Below are positions 27,301-38,585 of a stretch of DNA of 64,000 nt, piece by piece. Location of the stretch: contig NC_135763.1 of the NCBI RefSeq assembly GCF_052425735.1, positions 1,550,001-1,614,000 of the forward strand, written 5' to 3'. The notes below the pieces were generated by a model. It was not told the origin of the DNA and did not search any database. It saw only the letters and a list, made by a program, of their open reading frames with translations. How positions within the stretch are numbered: position 1 is the first letter of the stretch; the number at the start of each line of letters is the position of its first letter. Both the position numbers and the translations under genes were made by a program. Source of the DNA: Oculina patagonica (taxonomy: Eukaryota).

Positions 27301-30300
27301 AAAGGTGAGTATCAGTATCATGTAACGTATGATAAAAATTAGCACATGTTGCTTCAAATTCTCACGTTTTATTGGATAACACCCAGCACTTTCTAAATGT
27401 AATACTGTGCTGACTAGGTTCATGATAACTACCTAATTTTATTTCCCTATGGCCTGATGATATCTAGGCTGTTTTAATATAACAGCTCAGATAACACAAC
27501 TGAAACCATCTCATCACTCACTGCCATCATATCAATGCTCCGTGGTGGCAGCCATTTGGAAGGGTGGGAAAACAAATCAGAAATTACAATGTCTGATATA
27601 GAGTTCCAATGTCTTTCGCAAATCCTCCTAGTCCCACCGTGTCATGGGATGACTCCCATCAAGAGACCATCATCAGGGAAAGACTATGTCTGTTTTAGAG
27701 GAGCTTCAAACAACGGCTGCCCTGCCGACACCTACTGCCATATTGGACCAGCTCGTGAATTTTCCAAATGCTGCCCAGGTAATCACTTATATATAATTTA
27801 ATGTTACCAGAACACTTCCCTGAAATAGTTCAACCTCGTGTCGCCAAACTAGACAATCTATATACGTGGCCAAACATTAAACCATCCTCCTTACTCGCAA
27901 TAACTTTTTGATTATATTTTTGTCCTCATTATAAACAAGCTCCTCTTCCAAGTTATACAGTGATGGTAGCCACGCCTTCATCAGTATGGAAGCTGCTCAT
28001 GAACACACAAACAAGTCCAGCTTCCTTTCGACAACTGCAGATAAACAATCCTGTGATATTTACTGCTTTAGCCTATGACCCAGTAAATAAACGTATCTAC
28101 TGGGGAGATAACTATGCAAATACCATAAACAGGATGACTTTAAATGGCGATGGAGGAGTAGAAATTGTCGTTGGGTGAGTCAAGACTCCATTTTGCATGT
28201 CACATTCAGTATCCGGCCAGCAGCCTTGTACCAAAACATTGTAGGTCTTAAAAAAGCTATGCCACGATATTTGAATTAATAATGTGATGTACAAAGTTGC
28301 ATAGAAGGAATCCTACAATTCCGTGCGTCCTTTGTTATATTTTGACTGAAGACTAGCCTGTTCCAGGCGTTCGATTAGCTGGGCAGCAGCGTTAGAACGG
28401 CGATTGAAAAAAAGACGAGAGTAAGTCGGAGAGACGTTCTTCGCGCTGTAAACCCTGACTAACCCAACGCCTGGAACAGGCTAATTTAGATCCAAAAATA
28501 ACATTTTGTAAGTTGGTGGTTATTTTTTTTTTCCGCCATAGAAGCCCTGAATCTTAACCTCACTAAGATCTTCCTGTGTTGGGTACGTGATGCAAATTAC
28601 TGCCTCGTTTGCCAGACTGTGATCTGAATTTGCTGTTTGAAAGATGTGGGTCATCTGATCCGATCCTTAACGCTTAACCCCACACATAAATGTGGATCAA
28701 AAGGCCCACGTAACATTATTTGTTTCCTAATATAGCAGAGATATCGGCGTCGTAGGAGGTTTAGCAATCGATGCTCAAAGCAACATGCTTTATTGGACGG
28801 ACACATCATTTCGCACCATTGAGCGAACAAACCTGGACGGAAGATACCGCCGAACACTACTTAGTGGCTTGGATAAACCAAAGCATATCGTCCTTTTTAA
28901 ACCGGCAAGGTATGTTTTAGAGAGTAAATGAAGGTATTACAATATTGAATATTGATTGAGGAGATAGCAGAAACATATAGTTTTTGGCTTTTGGCGTGCG
29001 TTTGCGAATGACTAAGAACATAGGAAGTTAGAAACACGTTCACAGCATTATAAGCAGTGCCACATGAAACTACTGCTCAATAGCTTTTTCATTTGAATGG
29101 TCACACACTAGGATTTCATCACCACAGACTTAAACAATAGAACCGCTATAAACAGCATAAACATAAACAACACGATGAACAGCACCACATAAAAGAACTG
29201 CTGCTGAATAGCTTTTATTTGAATGTTGATTGAATGGCCACACACTAGTTTCGTCTTCAGACTTCATCAGTAAATGTCAGAACTACCTTGGACAGCTAAA
29301 TAAACGGCGCCACATGAAATCAGTGCTCAATAGTTTTATTTGAATAGTCACATCGTCACATACATGGTTCTAACCAGAGAGACTTCAGAGTTCCAAAACC
29401 ACTTTTTTACAGCGTATAATAAACAGTACTCATATATAAGTGTCATCACAGTGTTCCATCCACAAACTTAAAATTATACTCAAACTATAATCATGTCTTG
29501 AACTGTGTACATTTTCGTTTAAAGCACTATGCATTACTATTTTCAGATTTTGCTTTAATACTTTTGCTTTATTACAACAAAAAATTATTTTAGGGTAATG
29601 TTCTGGGCCGATGTCGGTGCGGTTGCTAAAATAAAACGAGCCAGTTTAGATGGAAGGAACGAGCGAGCCATTATCTACAAAGCTGTACAGCAGCCGAGCG
29701 GATTAGCTGTTGACGATGCCACATGGAAACTTTACTGGGCTGACGAGGACCTTAATAAGATAGAGAGCTCCGACTTTCTGGTAACATTCCCCACTCCCCT
29801 TCAACCCTGTCTACAAACTACAGAAAAGCCGGCCAGATCGAAATGGGGATAACTTGTAAATTTATTTGGCAACAAATTAATAATCCAGATTTTGATATTC
29901 TTTAAAGATTCTTGACGCAGTAAAACCAGTAAATTTTGTCCTTAAAGTGTTCAAGCATTTTGTACCAAACAGATTAAAAGACGGTACTTAATGGTGTTGA
30001 TGATGCTTCTAAATGACTATAAAATCCAGAAAATTCAAACAAATAAATCACAAATTTTCATTTATTTATTTCAATGAACAGGCAGCAGCTAAATTTCTCT
30101 CCTCATGAAGAAACGGTTGCACAATCGGAGTACAGTCGCAGCTAGATAACACATTCGCACATAAGAATGTTTTAAATATTTTCAGGGTCGGAGGCGTCAA
30201 AAGTTGTACGTTAAACAACCGCATACGCTGGCACTTCTAAACAACAGGTAGGATTCAACACATTATCTGGAATTTGAATATGAATAATACAAGTAAGTGA

Positions 30301-33300
30301 GGGTCCTACGACGGAGAAGTAATCATTAATTCGTGATTTCAAAACTTTATTTTTGGGGATTTGATGTTCTATATGATTAGGCTCAATTTTCGCCGCTCTC
30401 GATCTCTCGAGTCCGATCTTCGTTTTTCCCCGGAACTGATCACGCGCCAGCAGTACGTTCGGGGAAGGAGTGCGGGCTTATTTTCTCGAACAGCGGTCAG
30501 CGGCTGGAAATCGGGCCTATTCCTTTATGTGATTCAACATAACTCAAGAGAAATCAGTTAATGTCTAAGACATCGGTTGAATTTGCCTGCGAATGCGCCT
30601 GCGCCGCAGTGCAGCGCTCTGGGGCGCTTTGGGCGATCGCCCAAGACAGAGAGAGAGAGAGCTCTCTCATTTTTTATCCAGCCCCACTCGTCGCCCAACT
30701 AGGTACGTAGAGTAAAAATAACGCGGAAAACTACGAGCACAAACACTCCAAGTATCCGTGCAGGAAACTGATAAAACAGCTTATTTGAAGTCTTTTTAGT
30801 TGGGTAGAAGATAGGCATTGTAAGAGTCTTGCACAACTGTGTGCATCATATTGATTCCTAGGACGAGTTAATTTTCAATTTTGACTTGTTTTTGGTTTAG
30901 ACTGTTCTGGAGTGACAAGCAAACGGACACTATCCACTCAGTTAATAAACTCACTGGCAAAGACAGGCTGACTGTTATCGAAGGCTTGACAAGTGTGATA
31001 GAGATCATTGTGTTCAAATCACCACGTCCAGGTTAGGGATTGATCTCGAACTGAAGATTGTTCTCCAAGCCTGTCTCATTGTCGGGTGTAACTAATGGCG
31101 TCGTTGCTTTTTTATCGCCGTTTTGTAGGCTGAATTTCAGCCGTCGTTTTGTAGGCTGAATTTCAGCCGTCTTCTCTGATTCGGTCGCTTACTCACGGGA
31201 GTAGGCGCGAACCAGATAAGACGGCTAAAATTCAGGCTGGTTTAAATAGTAGTGATTATCCTCCTTATTTGGTTTTTAGAAGATATAAGAAAATTAAGCA
31301 AAACCCATTCCAAATTTATGATGGTTATTAGGTGGTACTAGGTCCAAACTAAACTACGAGTACTCTATCAGTTTTTTCAGGGTCCGTCGAGTGGCAAAAC
31401 ACTGGAGCGCACGGAAATATCTCTTCGCACTTGGAGTCCACGGGCCATTTTTTTTTTCGTGCGTTGCATCTCCTCCTGCGAAGTAATTCTTTTACACGTG
31501 GTCGCGTGCTTGCTCACTCAACTGGCCCTGAGACGACGACTATACTCGTACTCTAGGTCTAAGCCACCCTGCGAGCAGAGCCGCTCATTCAGATTTTAAG
31601 AAAGGCTCTGCTAGTAGTGCGAGTCCAACTTGACGACGTCATGAAGGTAAAGGCAATGTTCAAGAAAAAGTATCATTTTAAATAAGTCAGTTAACGTTCT
31701 GTTACTAACAACTGCACCAAATTCCCGAGACGAAATTCACTGGTTTATTTTGCTCATAGTTGTACATTGCCGGGATCCAGGAGGGCCTGATTATGGGCGG
31801 CGAGATCCAAATCCCCGTCCAGATGATGGTGACAAATATCCCCAGGGTTCTGTGATAAACTACGAATGTTTAAATCAGTTTCGTCTGCACGGCCCTGTTA
31901 CTCGCAAGTGTCTGCAGAATGGAAGCTGGAGTGGAAATGCTCCCGAATGCTTTCGTAAGTAATTTTTAAAGGATCTGTAGATCCGATATCTGCAAATTTT
32001 CTCTTGATCGTAATGTGTATAGCCTGCGAGAGCAGACGCATTTCCGGCCGTCGCTTCTCTCCGCCGAAAAATAGCGTCTGCGAAACCGAGCCAGGAAACG
32101 ATTTCTGTGACGTCGCATCTTTTGTTTTCTCTTTGGCCAATTAGATTACGCGATAGAATAAAACACGAGTGCACACCACGCGGCTCCCTCGCGACAAAGC
32201 TGTTACGAGCTGTCTGCGAGATGCTATGGCAATTTTTCTGAAACATCGAAGGTTTCTTACCCCGGTGAAAGTAGTTCTTTGCAGAATAACATTTTCAGTT
32301 GCAAAGGAGGTTAATGTATGTCCTTTTTGTCAGTAGATAGGTAATAAATTCTAGCAACACACCGGACGCGACAATCGACCAGGTGAGTTTCATCTTCACC
32401 TTTCGAGAAATTACACAAAAAATTTCCGACAAGCGTCATTGCAAGGCCTGCGAGTTCTAAACCCTGAAGCGTTCTTAGCGTCCTTCTTTGCACCACGAAG
32501 ACTCAAAAGTTTGTCCCAAAGAATAAAAACCAAGAAAACTTTCGCAGATTTCAGCGATAGCTAAAGTTATGTTTACATCTTGACTCGCTGCGTAAAGGCG
32601 AATCTCAGAGAGTCGCTCGAAAGATTCGTCTCTTTCGGAAGAGACAGTACACTGAAATTACAACTCTGACCAATAATAGTATTGCTTTTATTTGGTATCT
32701 TCATCTTAGTTTCAGTTCAGGGCAGTTTTGTCTAGGAGTAAAGTTACTTGTTACAGCAAGTAAATTTTATGATTTTACCGCAATTGACCCCAAAACACCG
32801 GAACTTGGCTCGATTTCTGTCGCTCTCTTGGAAACTGCCGGCTACACGGTTCCGGTTGATCATACATTTTCCTAAAATTTCTAATCGATTTTATGACTTG
32901 TTTTGAAATCCCTGGTGACAGTATATACAATAAAATAAACTTACCAACAAAACAAGTAACATGTACATGTGGTTCGTCAACAACGACTGCTGCTACCGAA
33001 TATTTATCTCACCTATCTGAGACTCTGGTGATCCATACACGATCAAATAGCGGCTATTTTCAATATTTCTTTTCTCGGCTTCCAATGTACTGTGTGTTAT
33101 TCAGCACTATTGCATTTAGGTCAAGCGATGATAATAGGCTGACCTGGTCCTTCATTGTCTTCATTCAACTTACAAGCGGCGGAAAGACGATCACAATAGT
33201 GTACAAAATATTCCTCTCAGGCAATGCTTAGAAAATTGCTGATGTCCCAAATCCATTCTAAAGATTCGTGAGTACGTCTCCCACTTCCAATTAAAGCATT

Positions 33301-34506
33301 AAACTGAAACACTTTGCAAGACGTTCCTCATCGCGTAGTGTCCACTTCGTTTGCCATTGTTTTTTCCACGCGATTGTGTGACGGCTCACAGGCTACACGC
33401 GTGGCACCTCTTCGGATATGCAAGGTAAATTTTCATTGGTTACCTCGAACTGACGTCACAGAAATCGTTTCCTGGCTCGGTTTCGCAGACGCTATTTTTC
33501 GGCGGAGAGAAGCGACGGCCGGAAATGCGTCTGCTCTCGCAGGCTATAATGTGTAAGACTACCTTTGTGGTATTGATTAGCAGAGAGGAGATTCTTTTCC
33601 TGTTTAATACCTTCCGACCCCTTTCTTAAATTTTTTCGTCTCTTCGTGTTATTATTTCTTATGTAAAATATTACGCAATGCGAAATTTTTCCCACTTTCA
33701 CCCGGTTCCCGCCACCTTGGAAATGCAGCTTCCCGCTTTCTCTCCCGCCTCACGTAAAATTATGCGCCTTGTTTACTTCTGCAACTTTGTGGAATCAACA
33801 GGAGAACTTTAAATGATATACAGTTCAAACGAACGGTGTTAGAAAATATATGTCTGTGGCCTCACAAAAAAATCATTAACTACTTCATGTGAAAATACGA
33901 AATGTAACGCGAGCGTGGGACAAAGAAAAATTCTGAGTCCCTAACGGGAATCGAACCCATGGCCTCCCAGATACCGGTTGGGCGCTCTAACCAACTGAGC
34001 TAGGAGAGACCGTGGTGAGCTGGGCCATTTACTAGGTTCAGTTGATGGCATCCAAGGTATGATCCAAAGCATTTTAACAGGTCAGATAATCACTTCTTGA
34101 TTAATTAATCATGATAATTATTTTAGCTCCACCACGTTTTCGTGAGACGCCAGTGAACATGACGGTCCAGGACGGTCAAAGCGTGCTATTAAGATGTTCT
34201 GCTGTGTCTTCAACCATCACGTGGTCAAAGGACGGTGAGGTCATTCGTGGGGGAAACTTTGCTTACTTGACATCTGGTCTGCTGATTCTAAAAGCTTATC
34301 GAGATGACATTGGCTGGTACGTTTGTAATGCTACCAATCGAGGAGGAAGCAAAGTAGCTCGCGCTTATCTGCGCGTATTGAGACCTCGCGAAGCAGGTAA
34401 ATTTAAAACAATTACTTTTCACCACTGTCTAGCTCTTACCGCCGACCGGTTAGCTCAGTGGTAGAGCGCCGGACTGTCGTGCGGGAGGTCTCGGGTTCGA
34501 CTCCCA

Positions 34507-34547
<41 letters not shown>

Positions 34548-34688
34548 TGTGCTGCCTTTGTAATTACATCTGCAAATGGTTAGACATTCTAGTCTTCTCG
34601 GATAAGGACGATAAACCGTAGGCCCCGTCTCCTGCATCTTCAGTGTTATAATCAGCAGGGGACGTTAAAGAACCCACACACTCATCGC

Positions 34689-34725
<37 letters not shown>

Positions 34726-37182
34726 TTCTATTCCATGGGTTGGGTGATGGGGTGAGATCATACACATGGACAGATAGCGGCTGCCATAGGCGCCTTATAT
34801 GCTGATGTCCGGTCTCATCCCATAAAATTCAAATTGTGAAGCGCATTGATCATGGGCTTTGTAAATGCGCTATCAGATAAGCATCCATATCATCATCAGC
34901 ACGTCGCGGATCGACTACACTCTTTTTTTTTTTATAAGAATACAGTTTTTCCGACCCAGGCTGAATATTCTTATTTTCTGCCGATTTTAGGCTGAAATAT
35001 TCTTATGAACATTCTTAGAAAATACCGTTTGACATTTACGTTTTAGCAAGTATTGGGTAATCAATTACAAGTTTTTGGTGTCCAGATCTGTGTCGTGTTA
35101 CATCAGTTGTGAACATGTACCATTGCTTTTCGTTTCAGCCTGGCCGTTTTGGCTTTAAACAAAGCATTCCTCACATAGATAAAGTGACGGAAATGAAAAT
35201 ACCTGATTTTGTTTCAATTAAAAACTATATTCTTTTCAAAATCTCAGACTCGGGTTTATTCTTAAAATATTCTTAAAAATTCGCAAATTTCAGCCTCGAT
35301 ATTCTTATAAACTAGATTCTTACAAAAAAAAAAGAGTGTATACCAGCACTTTCCCCGAACGATAGAACTCGAGGGTTTACTCCAATACTTAAGAGTTCTC
35401 GCTAACTCCCTGGGGAAATGTTTGTAAACATAAGATAATCGTTTTCTACATACCTCGGAAAAGTATAGGAATACGATTATCCTTAGGATCTTGTCGTTGT
35501 TGTTTTTGTTGTTGGTGGTGGTGGTAGGGAGGACTAAAATACTTTACTTTAAAGCTGATTGTTCAACGGCAAAGTCCTTTATTTATTATCATAATTTAAT
35601 ACAAAACATCAAAAAATTAAAAAGGGGAAAAAAACGTGAATAAAAATATAGTTTTCAAACAGCAGTTGCCAAATACTAAGTGGGCAGCATATTTCACTCA
35701 AGAAGAATTTCTTAAGTTTGTTTTGTGGATATTTTTTTTAGTATGTGGAAAAACAGCTGTGGCAACTCGTGGTAAAATAGTTGGCGGTGAGGGTGTTTTC
35801 GTTGCGGGATCGCATCCTTGGCAAGTTATGCTGTGGAGCAAACGAGAAAAAAGACATTTTTGTGGCGGATCTCTTGTAGCTAAGAGCTGGGTAGTGACAG
35901 CAGCACACTGCGTCACTGGTAATAATGATTTATAACGTTAACCCTTTTTAGTAAGAAACACAATGCCGCCGCAAACATATTTTGATATACATACATTAGC
36001 AAGAAAACAGAAATGTGGTGCAAATTATAAGAGCGTAACAGTGAACTGTGATGATTGATTTCTTTCCTGCCTCTGGGCTTTAGTGAAAACAAAAACTAAA
36101 CGACTACCTTTACTAAATGAGCAAACATGCAAACAGGGTAGATTTTCTGCAGCCAATTGAAAAAAACGGGGAATGACATTTGGTGAATGGCATATGCCAT
36201 TTACGTTAATCTCAATCAAAGCTCCTTCTCCATCTCATGCAGAAGGGATATGTTTTTTTCTTCCATTATTAAATACTAGAATTTCTTTCAAAAGATTGTT
36301 TTCTGATTATGTTTGTGCGAGACGCGGTGGCGCAAAGGTTAGTACCGCTAGGTCTTTACTCCAGATCGAGTTGACTGGGTTTCCGCGCGTGTTTTGCATC
36401 GGTATTGAAGCAAGATACTTTACTCGTAGTGCCTTTCTCCACTCAGGTAAACGGTACTAGTCAACTTACAGGGAAACCTGACAAAAATGCTAACTGGGGT
36501 TGGGTGGGGGGATTGCGGTCCGGCTGAGTGTGCCAGTTGTCACGTAAGAATGACTTTACTATTTTACTGTTTAGGTCGATATTCCATCGGCGATATTGAG
36601 GTTCGCCTTGGCAAACTGTTCACTAACAAACGTGAACGACGCCGTCAACAAACCAGGCTTCCCAACAGAATCAAGATTCATCCCCAGTTCTCCGATGTTA
36701 CTTACGAATCGGATATAGCACTCATCCACCTCAGCAGAGAAGTGATTTACACCAATTATGTCAAACCAATTTGCCTTCCCCACTCGACAAACGACCTCCT
36801 TCAGCCAGGTGCTATCGGTGTCGTAACTGGGTGGGGCAGAAAGGGAAAAGGGAAGAACGTCCGTACCAGATTGCGCAAGGTCAGTTTACCCATCGTGGAT
36901 CAAGCCACGTGTAAAAGATCGCACCCGAAATACCTGGTATCCAACAACATGTTCTGCGCTGGTCACTATAATGGCTCTCGTGATGACGCCTGTGACGGAG
37001 ATTCCGGAGGACCGCTGGCCATCGACAATAGCCTTACAGCGAGGGCTGATGATTACCGCTGGGTGCTCGTAGGCATCGTTTCTTGGGGAGATGGGTGTGG
37101 TGAAGTTGGAAAGTACGGAGTTTATACTCGAGTGTCGAATTTTGTGAGATGGATGAATAGCCACTTGGATGAAGATGACTAA
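13608..37182 (+). CDS. Secreted mosaic trypsin-family serine protease (about 1398 aa): SP, propeptide, FN3-like, beta-propeller, EGF, lustrin-type Cys module, YWTD (LDLR class B) propeller, sushi/CCP, Ig, trypsin domain
   Basis: 20 phase-compatible exons: 13608-13662, 16266-16355, 16507-16693, 17075-17315, 17889-18144, 18450-18695, 19043-19418, 25038-25267, 26560-26766, 27182-27304, 27632-27778, 27940-28174, 28736-28909, 29594-29780, 30186-30247, 30901-31031, 31760-31954, 34127-34396, 35742-35918, 36575-37182 (sum 4197 nt, 1399 codons). Catalytic motifs TAAHC, DIAL, GDSGGP; activation site K-IVGG; repeats YWGD, YWTD, FWAD, YWAD, FWSD. Exons 1-3 are the least certain. Confidence 0.85.
13911..15473. 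mobile_element. PIF/Harbinger-like non-autonomous DNA transposon (3-bp TSD TTA)
   Basis: tta|gggcctgtttacatgg...ccatgtaaacaggccc|tta; TIR of about 50 bp. Confidence 0.8.
14299..15100. mobile_element. Nested TTAA-TSD MITE (Kolobok-like GG..CC termini)
   Basis: ttaa|ggtcgcgcaggacccttgc ... gcaagggtcctgcgcgacc|ttaa: perfect 19-bp TIR. Absent from the adjacent host copy at 15487-16099. Confidence 0.8.
15487..16099. mobile_element. Second, internally deleted copy of the Harbinger-like MITE
   Basis: Near-identical to 13915-14293 joined to 15217-15473, with the junction near 15843. Confidence 0.8.
18258..18358. repeat. (CAT/CGT)n microsatellite, intronic
   Basis: Explains the poly-I and poly-M ORF artefacts. 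A related degenerate tract lies at about 10500-10620. Confidence 0.9.
19690..20358 (-). mobile_element. 5'-truncated Penelope-like retroelement (GIY-YIG endonuclease plus 3'UTR)
   Basis: Minus frame reads CNSKNVIYMVQCNRCHKQYIGETKRRLKDRFNEH...VSEHF...RKAREAYLI...TLEPLGLN, a typical PLE GIY-YIG C-terminus; stop at 20016. Confidence 0.9.
19726..19764 (-). ncRNA. Minimal type I hammerhead ribozyme motif associated with the Penelope element
   Basis: Minus strand GACC-CUGAAGA-A-GGAAGGC-CGU-GCCUUCC-GAAA-UA-UU-GG: conserved core, perfect stem II, palindromic AAUAUU in place of stem III, and a CC/GG stem I. Confidence 0.75.
20528..21270. repeat. Diverged direct repeat, about 250-bp unit at about 500-bp spacing
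   Basis: tcgtgctctcaggc...aaaaacggatgacgtg...gaaacaaaaacgtgc occurs at about 20528-20787 and about 21032-21268. Confidence 0.7.
21906..24793. mobile_element. About 2.9-kb non-autonomous TIR element with nested inverted repeats
   Basis: aatacaccgaatgcaaatatggcgga... inverted at both ends (about 130 bp, diverged). Internal inverted pairs at about 22452-22580 / 23050-23180 and about 24060-24185 / 24465-24590. Confidence 0.65.
26812..27090 (+). mobile_element. tRNA-derived SINE (related copies near 25605, 36325 and, on the minus strand, 56440-56600)
   Basis: gggaggcacggtggcctaatggttag...ccgggctcgagccctggc...tgtgttcttgggcaagatact, a head and core typical of tRNA-SINEs. Confidence 0.7.
29045..29480 (-). 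repeat. Degenerate copies of the satellite seen at 60732-61290
   Basis: ccacatgaaactactgctcaatagctttttcatttgaatggtcacacactagg is the reverse complement of the satellite unit. Confidence 0.75.
32020..33546. mobile_element. AcademH-like non-autonomous DNA transposon, 9-bp TSD
   Basis: Perfect TIRs of about 95 bp (tagcctgcgagagcagacgc...). TSD taatgtgta at 32011-32019 and 33547-33555. Decayed RecQ-type helicase remnant on the minus strand (IVIVFPPLVS*..MKDQV, IENSRYLIVYGSPE) at about 33020-33205. Confidence 0.8.
33905..34040 (-). mobile_element. tRNA-derived SINE fragment
   Basis: Minus strand tagctcagttggttagagcg...gggttcgattccc followed by the non-tRNA tail gactcagaatttttctttgtccc. Confidence 0.65.
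34438..34890 (+). mobile_element. Full-length tRNA-head SINE with Deu/Nin-like core and L2-like 3' tail
   Basis: A box tagctcagtggtagagcg, B box gggttcgactccc, core ggacgttaaagaaccc...aagagtaggg and tail tgtgaagcgcatt...aatgcgctat. Confidence 0.7.
34919..35338. mobile_element. TA-flanked MITE
   Basis: ta|cactctttttttttttataagaat ... attcttacaaaaaaaaaagagtg|ta, with subterminal inverted ggctgaaat / atttcagcc motifs. Confidence 0.7.
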
Positions 37183-38294
37183 AAAGAAGTGGGCACTATA
37201 TTTTCTCTCAGTTTGGTGTAATGCATTTGTGACGTAAACTTTTTCCATATCGCGCAAAAACTTGTTGAATCAAAGAGTAAATTATAGGCTTAAGTTCACA
37301 AGAGAAGTATTAAATAGACTTTATAAAAGGCTTGATCATGCGTAGAGGATCGAAGAAACATAAGCACGGTTTCATATAAGACTACAGCAAAACAAGTATA
37401 ATTAAGAGCAATGTAAGGGCTACCGTTTCATAATAACGTGGTTGACGAAATATAGACAGCGCAATTGAGACACTCGCTTAGCGCTTCGTTTACTATCTGT
37501 AGCGATAAATTACTCTGCAAGAAGCCTTTTCGTCTGTATGTAAAATATGATTTATTTCAAAAGATATAAGCAATGGGATACTATACACCCTTTCCTTTTT
37601 TATTAATTATATATGTATAAATAAACAAAACCAATTTAGTACTAACTTAGCGTTTTTATTTTTTTTATCGATGTAAAGTGAGTATTTTTGCTCTCAAGGT
37701 TTAACGACCTTAATAAAGTGTTCATTTCTTTTCTAAATGACAAGAAGCACTGATTATGTTCGATTTCTATGTGTTTTATGGTGTCACTTTTCCTCGTAGG
37801 GCGATGAATGAAAACTGAAGTCTAAGGTCGACAACCAATTGGAGAAAGGCGTCCAGACCATCACGCCATGTACTCGAGCACGCGTGGCATGTTTGTACTA
37901 ACAGATACATTTGTACCTATTATAGGACCACAGGCTGTTACATTTGGTGCTAAGAAAACTTATTAAATGCCTGTCCAAATTAAATCGGCCCTAGAGGCTA
38001 GATTGGCAATATAAGAATTTCCTGAGATAAATTTAAAAATTTGTGAACCTCGTATATTAACTCGTAGTAACTCCAAGCAGATCACTGAACCCAACGAACC
38101 GCCCATATGTTCTAAAACAATAAGACATTTTTGCATAAAACTTTCCGAGTCAAACTCCACCATAAAATACTCAAAAAGAGAGACTGCTCGCACTAGGCTA
38201 GTAAAATTTTGCAAGTCGCGCCTGGCCTGCAAAACAGCCCTAGAGCGACTTGGGGGAAGTTTGTACGCAGTGCGCGAGGGAGAGCGCGGAATAG

Positions 38295-38585
38295 AATAAA
38301 AGAATAGAATAAAACTTAATTAACCACGGTTAAAACATACAAAATATCTGTAATACTGCTTTACGTGATTGCCGTGTGGATGTCCGTTAAGGCGTAAAAG
38401 TCATTGATTCCCTTTCTAAAACTTGGTACGATTAATGGCTGACGTAGTTTAGATGGCAGTCCATTCCAAAGAACATACCCGGAAAAACCGGCAAAACTGC
38501 GTTTAAGATATTTAGTTGTGGTTAAGGTACTAGCAGAATGTTTTCAGAGTTGTGGATACTGAGGGGAAATTAAACTGATCAGTGC
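38295..38585 (-). mobile_element. 3' end of a CR1/L2-group LINE
   Basis: Minus strand translates TTKYLKRSF...SGYVLWNGLPSKLR...SFRK, a typical ORF2 C-terminus, followed by a (TTCTA)-type tail. Confidence 0.65.

Noticed and set aside
29241-29275. Hammerhead-like string on the minus strand (CTGATGA-A-GTC-TGAA-GAC-GAAAC-TAGTG)
   Set aside because: The cleavage triplet would be GUG (not NUH), stem I is negligible, and the string derives from a decayed satellite unit; probably coincidental.
33925-34515. Two tRNA-like sequences as functional tRNA genes
   Set aside because: A and B boxes are present, but acceptor and anticodon stems do not close and both continue into SINE bodies.
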